Part shown: one piece after another, positions 38,975-53,610 of the stretch | Layout of the letters: the number at the start of each line of letters is the position of its first letter | Numbering within the stretch: the stretch's first letter is position 1 | NCBI RefSeq assembly: GCF_009914755.1 | Contig: NC_060925.1 | From: the human T2T-CHM13v2.0 reference genome, Homo sapiens | Direction: 5' to 3' (one strand) | DNA length: 64,000 bases | Program-made: the position numbers and the translations under genes | The notes under the pieces: model-generated | Seen by the model: only the letters and a program-made list of their open reading frames with translations | What the model was told of the DNA's origin: nothing | Database searches by the model: none

Positions 38975-39845
38975 AGGAAAAATACTGCATGATTCCAGTT
39001 ATAGAAGGCACCTAGAACAGTCAAACTCATAGAGATAGAAACAGAAAGAAGATAGAATGGTGGTTGCCAGGGGCTGGCAGGGCTAGGAATGGGGAGATGG
39101 ATTTAAATTATTTTTAATTTTATATATTTAGGGGGTACAAGTGCAGATTCCTTACATGCATATACTGCCTAGTGGTGAAGTCTGGGCTTTTAATGTACCC
39201 ATCACTTGAATAGTGAACACTGCAAACAATAGTTAATTTTTCAACCCTCACCTCTCCCCCACCCTTCCATCTTTCATAGTCTTCAATGTCTATTATTCTA
39301 CTCTATGTGTCCATGTGTATCATTGTTATCTCCAAGTTATAAGTGAGACATGTAGTATTTGATTTTCTGTTCCTGAGTTATTTCACTTAGGATAACGGCC
39401 TCCAGTTCCATCCATGTTGCTGCAAAATACATGATTTCATTTGTTTTGTGGCTGAATAGTATTCCATGTGTGCGTGTGTGTATGTGTATATATGTATATA
39501 TGTGGGTGTGTGTATGTATGTCTCGCATTTTCTTTATACAATACTTCATTGATGGACACTTGGTTTGATTCCATATTTTTGCTATTGTGAATAGTGCTGC
39601 AATAAATATATAAGTGTAGGTATCTCTTTGATATAATGATTTCCTTCCCTTTGGGTATATACCCAGTAGTGGGATTGCTAGATTAAATGGTATTTTTAAA
39701 TAAGTACAGAGTTTCTGTTTTGCAAGATGAAAAGACTTCTGTGGATGGAGGGTGGTAATGAACAAAACAATGTGAATGTACACTTAGAAATGATTAGGAT
39801 GGTAAATTTTGTGTTATTTGTATTTTACCAATTAAATTTCTTTTA
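38975..39845 (+). mobile_element. L1MB 3' end interrupted by an antisense L1MA
   Basis: AATACTGCATGATTCC..GTCAAACTCATAGAGA..GGTTGCCAGGGGCTGG ... GTACAGAGTTTCTGTTTTGCAAGATGAAAA. Confidence 0.8.
39105..39692 (-). mobile_element. L1MA/L1PB 3' fragment
   Basis: GGGGTACAAGTGCAG..CCAGTTCCATCCATGTTGCTGC..GTAGTGGGATTGCT. ORF 39337-39783 resembles the ORF2p C-terminus. Confidence 0.88.
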
Positions 39846-39871
39846 AAAATTGATATCTAATATTTATTATT

Positions 39872-40303
39872 TGCTATGGTTTGAATATGGCTTGTTTTCC
39901 CCACCAAATCTCATGTTGAAATTTAGTCACTAATATTGGAGGCGGGGCTTAATGGGAGGGTATTTGGGTCGTGCGGGAAGATCCCTCATGAGTAGATTAG
40001 TGCCCTCCCTGGGAAGAGGGAAGTGAGTAAGTCTCACTGTTTCATTGAGAGCTGATTGTTTAAAAGAACCTGGTCGTTTCTCACCGTCTTTTGCTTCTGT
40101 TCTCACCATGTGATCTCAGCACGTTCTGGCTCCCCTTTGCCTTCTGCCATGAATGGAAGCAGCCTGTGGCCCTCACCTGAAGCAGATGCCAGTGCCATGA
40201 TTATTGTACAGCCCACAGCACCCTGAGCCAAATAAACCTCTTTTCTTTATAAATTACCTAGCCTCTGGTAGTCCTTTGTAGCAATACAAAACAGACTAAG
40301 ACA
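39872..40303 (+). mobile_element. MST (MaLR) solo LTR
   Basis: TGCTATGGTTTGAAT...CAGACTAAGACA; 5-bp TSD TTATT. Confidence 0.92.
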
Positions 40304-40413
40304 TTATTCGTCTACTATGTGCAACACTACACTTTATCTTTTTTTATCCTCACAACAATTCTATGAAATAAGTACTATTATTATCTCTATTTACAAATGA
40401 TAAAACTAAGTTA

Positions 40414-40752
<339 letters not shown>

Positions 40753-41966
40753 CTAAGTAACTTAGCCAAAGTCACATAGCTAGTAACACAAGAACCAAAT
40801 TCAAAGGGTCTGCTCCAGCCACTACAATAAATGAACAAAGGGAAGAAGAAGACGTTGGATAAAGAATTTGCTGCTGCAGCAGAAGTTAAGAGATTAGCCA
40901 TATGCACATATCTCTGTCCAAATCTGTATCTGTATTAAATGCCTCATAGTCATTCAACTGGGGCATCTGAAGAAATGTTTTTATTTTAATTTACTTCTCA
41001 GACTAAAAGACAGTATTCCGGTTAAGGGAAGTGCATATACCCAGAGAACAGTAGCTTCATATTCAGCTAGGACCTGAGTTCAAATTCTGACTCCAGCACT
41101 GTTTACCTATGTGATATTTGCTATTTCAACTGGCCTCTCTGAGCCTATAAAATACAAATATTTACATTATGATGAACATAGTTATTATGAACATTAAATG
41201 TGATAATCTGTAAAATCAATAGTTTCATACCTGGCTCAATAAATGTTAGTTCTCATTCTCATAAAAACAAGTTAAGGCATAAAAATATCTTGTCCTCAAT
41301 TTTTAAAACTTATCTAGCACATTCTTCAGCCTGTGGGTATAAGGATGTTTTAACACTTCTGGAAAGATTAATATTTGTAGTGCTTTTCAAGATATACATG
41401 GTAAAATATTTCTCAATAAGTCGAAAGGTGGTCATATGAAAGAAACTCTCGTATTTATAACCTAAATCCACTCTACTGCTGACTGCTGACTAACCCTTTC
41501 TGTGCTAAATGGCACTTTTATAGGTTCTGTGTATCAGCTTCCTGCAACCTTTCATTCTTCAAATTGGATAATTCCAACTCCATTCATCTTTCTCAACGTT
41601 CCATGGTGTCATTCTAGCTAGCCATGGTGTTGTTGCAGACAGAGCCCCAAGAATCTAATTGGGACTGAATAGTATCAGAAGATAATATTAAATTGGAATA
41701 CATCCTGATTATTGTCCAGGCACAGCCTGGAATACTGTTCAACCCGTGGCCATACTAGTCTCTTGATCCTTTTCTAGGATCAAGAGGAAATGATGTACTT
41801 TCTATGTCTTTGTCTTTCCTTCAACTATTGAATAGCCTAACTCTAAGACATCAGGAAGAATACAATTTTGATTCACACTTGAATCTTGTTTCAAGGATCC
41901 TACTTGCTAGTGGGAGAGATAAGAAAAGGGCAAAAATATGAAGAGGAAACTTAGAAGGGCCACCAG

Positions 41967-42011
41967 GAGAGAGAGAGAGAGAGACAGAGAGACAGAGAGA
42001 GACAGAGAGAG
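41967..42011 (+). repeat. (GA)n/(GACAGA) microsatellite
   Basis: Read directly from the sequence. Confidence 0.9.
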
Positions 42012-42444
42012 ATCATGCACTGCTTATCTCACCGCCTAGCATATGGCAGGTGTTCCAAGTAAGATGGCTGCTGTATTTGTTGAGCCCAAAAATGAATGCA
42101 ACGAGAGATACTTCGAGGAAGAAGGGCAGAAATCAAGACAGCTCCAGAAGAAAGATAACTGACTTAAGGATGAGCAAGAATTTGATACCAGAAGTAGATG
42201 ATAGAATTGCAGAGATGGGTACAATGAGTGCAAAGACATAGAGGCACAAAGACAAAGTGACACAGAGAGGGCAATGTTTTGAAGGAATAGAGGTCTGGCA
42301 AAAAAATGGGAAGAAGAAGGGATAGAGAAAAAAGGAAAGATGTAAGAACAGACACACAGGATAAAGGACACACCTGTTATTCACTGAGAGTTCTCTGGAG
42401 AGATTTATCTTCCCTAAAATAGAGGTAATTTGTGGGACACTAGC

Positions 42445-43350
42445 ATAACTCATTCATTAACTTACTCATCTATTCAACAATATATTCTAAGTATATGATT
42501 CAGGACTGGAATATAGCAAATATGAGTCAGAAGATACAGTGCCTGTGTTCAAGTTACTTAGAGTCTATAAAGTGCAACACATATGGAATAACAGCGATAT
42601 TAAGAGCTAATATTTATTGAATATGTGTTATGTGCCAAGCACTAAACCATATTATTTTATTCAAATTTTACAATAGCCCTAACAGGAAGTATTACTGCTA
42701 TATCTATTGACATGAACACACTAAAGCTTATAAGTGTTTAGTGACTTTCCCAAGCTCATAAAGCTAGCATGCAGTGAAGTTGAGATTTTAATCAAACTCA
42801 GAAACTATCTGACTCCTTTACCCTTAAGAATTATTCTCTCCAGCCCCTAAACTGTAGTATGCTCTTCACAGAGGTCTGGGCTCAGAGAAAAAGTAAAGGC
42901 ATGAGTGGTTACTTCTACCTAGGGTCAGGGAGTATTGTAAAAGTCTTCACAGAGGAACTGAGTTGAATCTCAAAAGATACAGATAGCTATTCAACCAGCA
43001 GATGGAAATGCAAGCTGAGAAAGGTATTACAAGCATAGGAAGTAGCATGTGCAAATGCAGGAGGTGAAAAGGCAGCCTTGTGTGTTCTGGAGCCATAAGA
43101 AATTTAGAAAAGTTGGAGCACCAAGTATGAGGAAGGGTCCCAGGAGGAAACAGGCTGGAGAAGCAGGGCAAGATCAAGAAGGCTTCTGCCTGTCATACTA
43201 TATAACTTGAGTTTTTTCTTAGAAGCTAAGCAGCTGCTGAAATAGTTGGAAAACAGCAAGATGACAAATACACTTCATATACTTCTGGTGACAGTATGGC
43301 AAGACTGTAAGCTAGGGGACAGGTTATCTTGGAGACTACTACAGTATTCC
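42445..43350 (-). mobile_element. L2 with nested MIR (about 42590-42840)
   Basis: TCATTCATTAACTTACTCATCTATTCAACAA start; GGCTTC/GAGTTGAATCT/AGCATGTGCAAA L2 motifs. Confidence 0.6.
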
Positions 43351-43353
43351 AGG

Positions 43354-43721
43354 TATATTAATCCATTTTCACACTGCTATAAAGAACTGCCAGAGACCAG
43401 GTAATTTACAAAGGAAAGAGATTTAATCGACTCACAGTCCCACATGGCTGGATAGGAGGCCTCAGGAAACTTAAAATCACAGCAGAAGGTGAAGGAGAAG
43501 CAAGTGCCTTATTCATTAGGCAGCAGGAGAGAGGAGAGAGCCCAGGGAAAACTGCCACTCATAAACCATCAGATCTCATGAGAACTCCCTTACTACCATG
43601 AGAGCAGCACGGGGGAAACCACCCCCATGATCCAATCATCTCCCACCAGATTCCTCCCTGACACATGGGGATTACAATTTGCGATGAGATTTGGGTGGGG
43701 ACAAAGAGCCAAACCATATCA
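43354..43721 (-). mobile_element. THE1/MSTA solo LTR
   Basis: ATTAATCCATTTTCACACTGCTATAAAGAAC ... GAGATTTGGGTGGGGACAAAGAGCCAAACCATATCA. Confidence 0.9.
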
Positions 43722-44246
43722 TCAGATATGGCAAAGAACATTCCTTTTCCTCCTGTGCACACAGCTAAACTACATGTTTCAGCTTCCCTTTAGATGAAGC
43801 CCATGTGACTTAGTCTTAATAAAATGAGGATGGGAATCATGCAAATTACTTCTAGGTTCATATTCTGAAAACCTCCCTTGAGATTCTTACAGTCTCCATT
43901 TCTTATCTTCTAGCTATATGCAGAGGAGATGCTGCTAGATGGTGGAGTCATGCAATAGAAGGAACCTGGGTCCCTGAATTATAACGTGGAGCAGAAACCC
44001 CCTGCAAGCTTCAGTGGCCTACAACATGAATGAAAAGTGAGGTTTTATTATATTAAACCACAATAAACCCTGACAAGATCTATTGAAAGCCTGGACCAGA
44101 ACAGTGAGAATTAAATAGAATAGAAGATGGATATAGCAGATATGCAGAAGGTAAAATAGACAAGACCTGGTCATAGGTTGGATCTGAGATATCCATTTTC
44201 TCTTTATGGTATTAGAAGAAACAAACATTCAGTAGGAGAGTTACAC

Positions 44247-44535
44247 TTTTTTTTTTTTTTAAGACAGAGTCTTGCTCTGTCACCAGACTGGAGTCCAGTG
44301 GTGCCATCTCAGCTCACTGCAACCTCCATCTCAAGCGGTTCTCCTGCCTCAGCCTCCCGAGTGGCTGGGGCTACAGGTGCGCGCCACTACACCCAGCTAG
44401 TTTTTTTTGTGTTTTTTAGTAGAGATGAGGTTTCACCATGTTGGCCAGGATGGTCTCGATCTTTTGACCTCATGATTCGCCCACCTCAGCCTCCCGAAGT
44501 TCTGGGATTACAGGCATGAGCCACCATGCCCAGCG
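44247..44535 (-). mobile_element. AluSc-like with small internal deletion
   Basis: Alu dimer with TSD GAGAGTTACACTTTT on both sides. Confidence 0.93.
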
Positions 44536-45671
44536 AGAGTTACACTTTTTTTTTTTTTTTTTTGAGGACAGAGATAGAACATACAAGAAAAGCATGATCA
44601 AGACCCTAGCAAAATTCAAAACTACATTTCAGCTGTACCTATTCCTTAATTTCTACTTACCAGCTTCTGAGAAAATAATTGTCAAGCAAACTCTCACTTG
44701 GAAATTGAGCCCCAGGCATAATGTTAGTTCAACACGAATGCATTAATATTGCTTTGTACTTGAAAGCTGTAAATGTAAATCTATTCCCATCATCCCAAGT
44801 TTGATTGAGATTCCCAAGTACAGTAGTTGACAGTTCCAATAGTACCAGCCATGAAGTGACTCTTCAAAGAAGGATCTGTCAGCATCATATCATGGTAGGC
44901 AGGACTAAGCAGAAATGCCACCATTTCACTGAATCCCTTATCATTGCTGATAGAGTTCATCAAGAAGTCACGACAGCTGCATCCAGGAGAGAGAAAGTCA
45001 GAGTACAGAGAGCTGTCCCAGCATCATAGCAGCATATCCCTTGAGGAACTCAAAGCCACCTTTTATAGCAAACAACAATTGTTTATTAATCTTCACACAT
45101 AGTGTAAGCGGTATTGTGCAGCCCTGGAAATAGTCAATGGAAAGAGTATTAAGGTGTAAAGTCAGAAGACATGGGTATAAGTCTTAATCACGTAATATTT
45201 ATTCCTTTTTTCATTCAAAAAGTGGCTGGGACAGGTAGCAGATAGGCAAAGGTGAATAAGACAGATTCATTGTGGATAGGCTGTGTCATCAAGATCATTA
45301 GTTGTATGACTTTAGGCAAGTCCCTGAACCTCTCTGGGACTTGGGCTCACAAAAAAGGTCATTACATATTGGCTGTCCAATGTCCATGCCTTCCTTTGGT
45401 ACATCAGTACATTTTCCTCTCGTAACCAACCTCTTCTATATTCTCAGTCATCTATTTCTGATAGAATTGATTCAGATCTTTGACTCCAAGATTAGACATA
45501 TGACCCAGCCTGGCCAATTAGGGATTACAGTTCCTTGGCTATAGTGATTGGTTCAGGATTGAGGGCAAGACTCAATCCATTGAGAGGCAGAACTTTTGTT
45601 TGTACTGTAGGAAAATCAAAAGCTCTCTTATTTCTGCTAGCTTGGATGAATTTAAAGGATACATGCTGGAT

Positions 45672-46108
<437 letters not shown>

Positions 46109-46579
46109 TTATGTGAACTCTCCATTACCATTTTGGCTTAAGTCAATTTCAGTCAGGTTTCTTAAAACTTCCAATAAGAAGAGCTCTAGTTTATATATTC
46201 CTCATTCATAAATTGGCAGGAATAACAATGTCTGACCTTTCTAATCTCATAAAATTCTAGTAAGATAAACTTATGATCTGTACTAGCTTTGTAACCATGG
46301 GCAAATTACTTAATCTCTCTTTTTTTAGTTCCTTTTTTGTAAAATGAGGATAAGAGAACAAGCTTATAGGATTGTTCTGAGGATTAAAGTAGTTTAACAA
46401 TGTCTACTTCTCAGAACAGTACCTGACATGTCATTTAAATATTTACTATAATGTTACTACTAGTACAACTAATAGTATATTTTTAAATTATATTTAAAAG
46501 AAAATAACATTGTTATCAAGAAGGAACTTACTGTAATTAGAATTGCCTCTTAAAGTCATGTGTTTCTCATCACCTTACA

Positions 46580-46985
46580 TTAATTACGGTAGATTGATTG
46601 CTACAACACACAACCTTGAATTTTCAGTGGCTTCACACCACCAAATATTATTTCTTGTTCATGTCTCACAATAGAATGCAAGTCAGTGGGATGAAGAAAA
46701 CTCTGCTCCACTCAGTCATGCACGGACCCAAGTTTCTTCCAGGTTATGGCACTGTCCTCCTCTAAGCCCTAGAAGTGTTTTTCTTTCAGCCAAATGACGG
46801 GGAAAGAGAGCAGGGGCGGAAGTGGAGGTTCTTCATGCCAGGCCTGGAATTTGGACATCACTTCCACTCATATTCCATTGGTCAGAACTCAGATGCACAG
46901 AGACACAGAGACTTAGAAATTAAGTTTAGCTGTGCCCGAATGCAGTGGGGATCACAGACACTGGTGAGCACTGGCAACTCCTGAC
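46580..46985 (-). mobile_element. MLT1-type LTR
   Basis: GCTACAACA..TCAGTGGCTT..TTATTTCTTGTTCATG..CACTTCCACTCATATTCCATTGG. Confidence 0.55.
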
Positions 46986-47801
46986 ACATTTGAAAAGTAT
47001 TCAAGGAGTGACAAAATGACCATCTCTCAGGGACTCGAACTGTTGCTGAGACTCAAAATGATGGCATTATGAGAGATGAAAAAGCACTTAAGGAACACCA
47101 AGTCCAATCAGCTCCCTACATGAACTTGCCCAAGGTCACCCAGATAAATGTTGGCAGAGCTGTAACTAGAACCTACTTCTAACTCCCATGCCATTCCTTT
47201 GTCCACCCACTCACCTCCTCGCTTAGTTGTCCTTTCCAAATCTAATAAATTATTGCCTTTTTTGCTCCCTGGTTTAGCTAGTTTTTTGCCTTTGGAAGAT
47301 AACTTATTACTCCTTTCACACAGATTACTTATCCAAGAATCTTCATTACCTTATGCCATCTGCCTCCTTTCACAAAATGTGGGTTTGAAGGTAAGGAGAC
47401 AACAAGGCAGAATGGTATGTGCCTCTACTCTTACCAAATTATCATGATTATATAAATCACTCAAGTAAGGTAAAATGCTGACTGCAGCACTAAAAACACT
47501 TGGCATATCTGGAAGGTGTAATTCAATTGATTTTTTTTACATTGTTTTTGCTTTAAGTGGCAGGTTCTTCAGTGGCAATGAATAAATGAAATGTGTTGTC
47601 AGTCAGCAAATCAAGCATTTCACCCAAAGAACCAAGCTCCACTAATATATTCACCTACTGACATGTGCAACCAAAACATGAGTTGTTTAAAACTAACTAG
47701 TATTTAGCCCAACTCAAACAATTATCATAACTACCAACAGAGGCTGTAATTTAGAATTTTGCCAATTTCTTTTCCAATTAGCTTGGTTTCATCTTTACTA
47801 G

Positions 47802-48130
<329 letters not shown>

Positions 48131-48759
48131 ATTTTGTTTTATTAATTAATTCAGTTGTCTCCTCTGAAGATTCAGGCAGCAAATAAGAAATTCCACTTGA
48201 CAAGTGCCCTTTCAGAATACTGATCTCTGGACATAGCGCTCTTTCTAAGTTTTTGCCTCTGCTTTGCTGAATACCAAAGGTCCATAAACAGAAATGATGA
48301 ATAATTCAACTGCCTCACCCCACGGGGAGAAAATATTAGGAAACACTGTCAAGTATGTCTATAATTCTGGAAGTTGACAAATGTACACTTAAAAGTAGAT
48401 GAAGGACCCCAAGTCTCAGGGTTTCACAGAGAGTCTGTTCAAAATTCTGTGTCCACTGTTAGCTTTAGTCCCAGAGGAAGTTTGCAGAAAAAAGGCAAAT
48501 TACCTTTTAGCAAGCACTGGGGGATTCCTGGCAGAATTCCATGAGGATTTTGAACTGATATCCGATCTCCTGCTTTCTCAAATTTCTCAATCTTTAAACA
48601 TTTTCTCAACATTTCATGGGGAAGTCCAAATTTACCCCATTTTAAAATCTGGGACAAATTGTGTTTTAATTCTTTGTTTTCAAGGTAGGTACCCCTACCC
48701 TGAAATGGGAGGAGTGACTTGATGTACAGGTAACAAACCTGATAGGTAGCAGAGTATGG

Positions 48760-48990
48760 CAGTGAGGAGTGCAGCCTCTATAGCAACATCCAACCTACCT
48801 AATTCTGCTTCTATCAAACACTTCAGCAAGCTCCTCAGCCCCTCCATGCCCCAATTTACACAACGGTGAAATGGGGATGACAACAATCCCACCCACCTCA
48901 CAAAATGGCTGTGAAGATTAAACAAGTTAATAAACATAAGAACCTAAAACACTGTTTGACACATAGAAAACACTTTATAAGTGTTAGCTT
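48760..48990 (+). mobile_element. MIR
   Basis: TGAAATGGGGATGACAA..CCTCACAAAATGGCTGTGAAGATTAAA. Confidence 0.6.
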
Positions 48991-50383
48991 TAAAGACAAA
49001 AAAAAGACAATCTGGAAATTAGATGATAGCATTTAAGACTTCACAACAGTCAGAGTTGTTACTTAATCAATGCCTTCTGACTTTAATTGAATGTCTTTCC
49101 AAATAGCCATATATTATGATCAGTTGTCCCTTCTTAAATTATTTCTCCATTGGTTTAAGATAGTAATTGCCACTGAGTAACCCTCATGATGTAAGTATTA
49201 TTTGCACTTCATAGACAAAACTGAGGCTCAGCAAGATAAAGTGCCAAGGTCACTGTAGCAAATTAAAGATGGTGTAACTTTTTTGACATTCTCCTGAGAG
49301 GTAGGATTTATTTCTCCTCCTCTTGAAGCTGAGCTGGTCTGTAACTGCTTTGACTAACAGAGCACAGCAGAAGTGATGCTACACTGGTTCATGGCTTCCC
49401 CACCTAAAAAATAAGAATTCTATTAATACCTGTCAATTTCTGTTTCACAAAGTTGTGAGAATCACATGAGTTAATGGACGTGAATGTGTTCTGTAAAATA
49501 GAAAACACTACAAAGGCATTAGAAATTACTATCATTTGTACAAGCTAATTATACTTTATATTATTCTATAACAATAAAAATCACCTGCACTATGGGGTTG
49601 CTTTGTCGATATGTGTAATTGAGACTCTAGGGACCACCAAAAACAACATGTAGCACCCACACCTCCAAATCATTCTCCACAGGTAGGTTATGTCTCTGTG
49701 ACAGCAAAACATCTGTTTGATTAAACTCAGCCATTTTCATTTACAATCACTTAAACCAATTGCTTAGTGCCACATGGGCCAAAAGAAAAGAGCACAGACA
49801 ACCTGCTTTGCACCATTTGTTCCTGGGAAATCAAATGGAAAAATACTTTTAGAGCACTATTAACTGAGCATTGTGCTGGAGTCTTGGAAATTTAAAAAGG
49901 GAAAATCAGGTCAAGAAGATCCTGCCCTTAAGAGTTTAAAATCATGATGCAGAAAAAGGGGTAAGGGGAAGAGGGCAGCATCACTTAACAGAACCCCCAG
50001 TGGATGCTTTGGTAAAACTAAGGTTTTTCTGCCGTGTGTTCCTTAAATTTCCCATTCTATGATTATAAACTCTTAAGTAATGATGTGTCTTCAACCAAGA
50101 CACAATTGTGATCAAACATTTTATCTGTTTTGGATTCACCATTAGGAATATCTGGGCTTTAAATTATTTAGGTCATCTCAGGATGGGTTTGCAACAAACC
50201 AAGACATAGACAACACCCTCATATTTCTCCTTTAAGACTTACTTCAGGGTTCCCTAATCTGGGAAGCCTTCCTTGATTTCTCTTCCCATATTCACCCAAC
50301 TGTCTCCATACACATAAACACACACTGAAACATATGCTAACTCTTCTTTTTTCTGCCACTAAATCCTCTCCTTCTTTCTGTCA

Positions 50384-50562
50384 TAGTGGTTCTCAAACTT
50401 TAGGGAGCATGAGAATCACTGGGAGACTTGTTAAAACACAGATTGCTGGCCCCAGCTTCAGAGTTTCTGATTTAGTAGACATGAATGGGTGGGGCCCGCA
50501 TTTCCAAGTTTTCTGGTGGTGCTGATGCTGCAGGTCCAAGGATAGCACTATGAGAACTACTG
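50384..50562. mobile_element. MER5A
   Basis: TAGTGGTTCTCAAACTT..AGAATCAC..TTGTTAAAACACAGATTGCTGG ... TGAGAACTACTG, with inverted ends. Confidence 0.85.
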
Positions 50563-50889
50563 CTATGTCATATAACATTGATCAAACTGCACTGCAATGA
50601 TCTTTTTGCATGTCTCCCTCAGTCTAAAATGATGTATTTTGTGTTTATTGTGGCTCCCAGTTGACTATGTAGAGCTTTTTAAATGCAGGCATATGTCTTC
50701 AGTTTTATAAGCCCAGAACCTAACCCAAAGCCTGGCATATAGTTTATTGAACAAATAGCTAAATGAATGTTACATCTTGAGGTCAAAGAGCATGCATACA
50801 GAAGGCATTTGAGAAAAACTCAAGAGTTTAGCTAGTGGCATTAGAACATGGCCATGTATCTAACTGAACTAAGGACTTAAGACATTACC

Positions 50890-51190
50890 TGTAATAATTA
50901 CCCCACTGCCTGGCCACAGAGCAAGCATCAAGTTCATTATGTGGCTCAGTTTTGAACTGCCATCATTTGATCACACCTATATGAACACACAACCTAGGAT
51001 ACAGAGAAAACCTGAAACCGAGTCATGAGAGAAAAGTTTGAAAGAATTGGAAATGCAGCTCTTGGAGAATGAGATTGGTTTGGTTGGGAGGGAGTTAAAT
51101 AAAAGCTAGGTTGGCACAAAGAACTGTCATGAAAATAATAGAACCGAATTATTTGTCAGAGCCCCAGAGGGTAGAACTTAAATTCAAATT
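50890..51190 (+). mobile_element. L3/CR1 LINE fragment
   Basis: CTGAAACC..GTCATGAG..TTGAAAGAATTGG..CTGTCATG..GCCCCAGAGGGTAGAACT. Confidence 0.5.
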
Positions 51191-51266
51191 TCCTTTCGCA
51201 AATATGCATCTATGCCCCCTGCATCAAAACGCTAGTATTCAGAAATGAATCAGACACAGTCCCTAC

Positions 51267-51660
51267 TGTGTTATGGCACAAAAATTTTAATCCAAGTGGC
51301 TTACTTGAGAGGTGTTCCCCAGAAGCACCAGTAGGGGGTAGAGAAGTGAGGCATGGAAGGGCAGAAGCCCAATACCAGGGGTGATGATACACAGATTAGC
51401 TCTGTGGGCAGCTGCAGCTCAATCCTATCAGAACCCCCAGGAGAGAATCAATAAAGTTCTTCAGAGTTGTCTCACCCAGGCAATGAAGAAGCTGAGGTAT
51501 TTGTTCATCAATTCATTTTTGTAGTTGTTTGAAGGCTGCTCCTGGGGGACATTAATTCCCACGCATAAACTTCCAGCCTGCTGTATGTGCAGGCCAATGC
51601 ATCAAGCAGCCTTTGCCAACATTACAGGATATGAATGAGGCACCAATGGCATCTGCTACA
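51267..51660 (-). mobile_element. LTR16/LTR33-like ERVL LTR
   Basis: GGTGTTCCCCAGAAGCACCAGTAGGGG..GCTGCAGCTCAATCC ... GGCATCTGCTACA. Confidence 0.55.
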
Positions 51661-52856
51661 CCTGTCTACAAAATGTGCCCATAAAAACAGAGAAGTTGAA
51701 CATAAGCCGTCACGATGTGATTCCAACTAAGAGTTCCTATGAACCATGAAAATCTAAGGTTTACCATGATAATATTAATAACTAACATCAGCTTGTGTTA
51801 CATATGTGATAGTATCAGTCTGGTAGCAGCTCTGTAATAGATATAAGAGCTATAATATTATAATAATAGTATTCATTTCACTGATGAGGTAACTGAGGTC
51901 AAAATGGTTGAAGTCACTTGCTCGAGGTCACACAGCAAGTAGGATTACATAGGAGCCTGCCGGGCCCCAATCCCAGGTTCACAGCTCTACAGCCAAGCAG
52001 CACATGCTAGAATTCTGAATTCACAGCCCATGGACAGACTTCCATCTGAGTGGGTTCACTCTGGACAACTCTTTCAGGCAAGACTTATTTTTTTTCTCTC
52101 ACAGGCTCTGGTCTAATGACAGTACTATTCTATTCTGCAAAGATTGTGTTATTTTAATTCATTCCCCTTTCCCCAAATCACCACCCTCCTAAGGTCTTTT
52201 TACTCCATGGCTATGACCCGGTTTATTCCCACATCTGCAATAAACTCCAGTGTTCCTCTGCAAGAATGTGTGATTTTCAAACCACATGTGTCCCTGAAAC
52301 TGCAGCTTGCTGCTAGTGTTCAAGGTCTTCTCACCCATGGCCCCTCAAGGCCCTGAGAACCTGTTTGTGATAGTTAAATATATAAAGTGGACCTAAAGTA
52401 GGTTTTAATTAATTCAACTGTTTAGCTCATTGAACTAAAAAATATCAAATTAAATGACTCCTTTGTAGCCGAGTGCTTTTGTTTTCACTGTTTTCCACTT
52501 TGCCAGCAATTGGGGCCAAACTATATGATTTCCCCAATGTTGTCATTAACATTCTTTAATTGAATGATGAATGCGCCAGCAAACCTGATGAACACTGGTC
52601 CATGAAAGTAGCCTTAAAAGACCAAGATTGTGCATAGGTGTAAGGAACAGTCCTACCCTCAAGGCCCTGGAACCCTGTCTGATGCTTCCTCCTTTTCTAA
52701 GGCAGAGCGGACCAATCTGTCCCAGAATCTGAGGGAACCCAGTTAGTCAATGCCAAGTTCATATCCTTTTCTGAGGCCAACTTGTGAAACTTTCTGAAAC
52801 TGGCCAGCTGAGTATTTTTTTTTAATCATTATGGTTTTATTTGTATATATTACTTC

Positions 52857-53364
52857 TGTGAACCCCAAATATCTGAGACAGGTCTCAGTCAATTTAGGAA
52901 GTTTATTTTGCCAAAGTTAAGGACGTGCGCCCATGACACAGTCTCAGGACGTCCTGATGACATGTGCCCAGGGTGGTCGAGGCACGGCTTGGTTTTATAC
53001 ATTTTAAGGAGACATGAGACATCAACCAATACATGTAAGATATACATTGGTTCCGTCCAGAAAGGCGGGACAACTCTAACTGGGAAGGAAGCTTCCAGGT
53101 CATAGGTAGGTTGCATTTTTTTGAGTTTCTGATTAGGCAATCAGATATGCATTTATCTCAGTGAGCAGAGGGATGAATGAGTTTTGTCTGTCCTTTGTCC
53201 ACAGGAAAATTCATTGGGAGGAAAGTATGCAGCTATTTTTAATCTCAGTTGCTATTTTTTTTAAGGAATAGAATGGGAGGCAGGTTTGCCCTAAGCAGTT
53301 CCCAGCCTGACTATTCCCTTTGGCTTAGTGATTTGGAGGTCCTGAGATTTATTTTCCTTTCACA
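52857..53364 (-). mobile_element. MER4A-family (ERV1) solo LTR
   Basis: Minus strand begins TGTGAAAGGAAAATAAATCTC and ends GGGTTCACA; 4-bp TSD CTTC. Confidence 0.92.
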
Positions 53365-53610
53365 CTTCCCAGTGAGAATACTTTACCACTGTACTAACAC
53401 TATGTTATAACCTCCCACAAATAATATATCTACCTGCTGCACAAGCTTCCCTCAATTTCTAGACAACATACCTTCCCAGATCTTGCTGTTTTTAGAGTAG
53501 TGAATAACACACTTCCAGATATAGAGTAGGTACCTGATAATTATTTGACTTACAACAACTACTCTGAGTTTAAGCTTTTATTGAGCATTGCTTTGCATTT
53601 GGTTAGTAGT

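Noticed and set aside
39337-39783. 148-aa ORF
   Set aside because: L1 ORF2 C-terminal remnant fused to flanking repeat sequence.
42036-42453. Overlapping ORFs suggesting a processed pseudogene
   Set aside because: Purine-rich low-complexity DNA lacks minus-strand stops. There is no recognisable protein, poly(A) or TSD.
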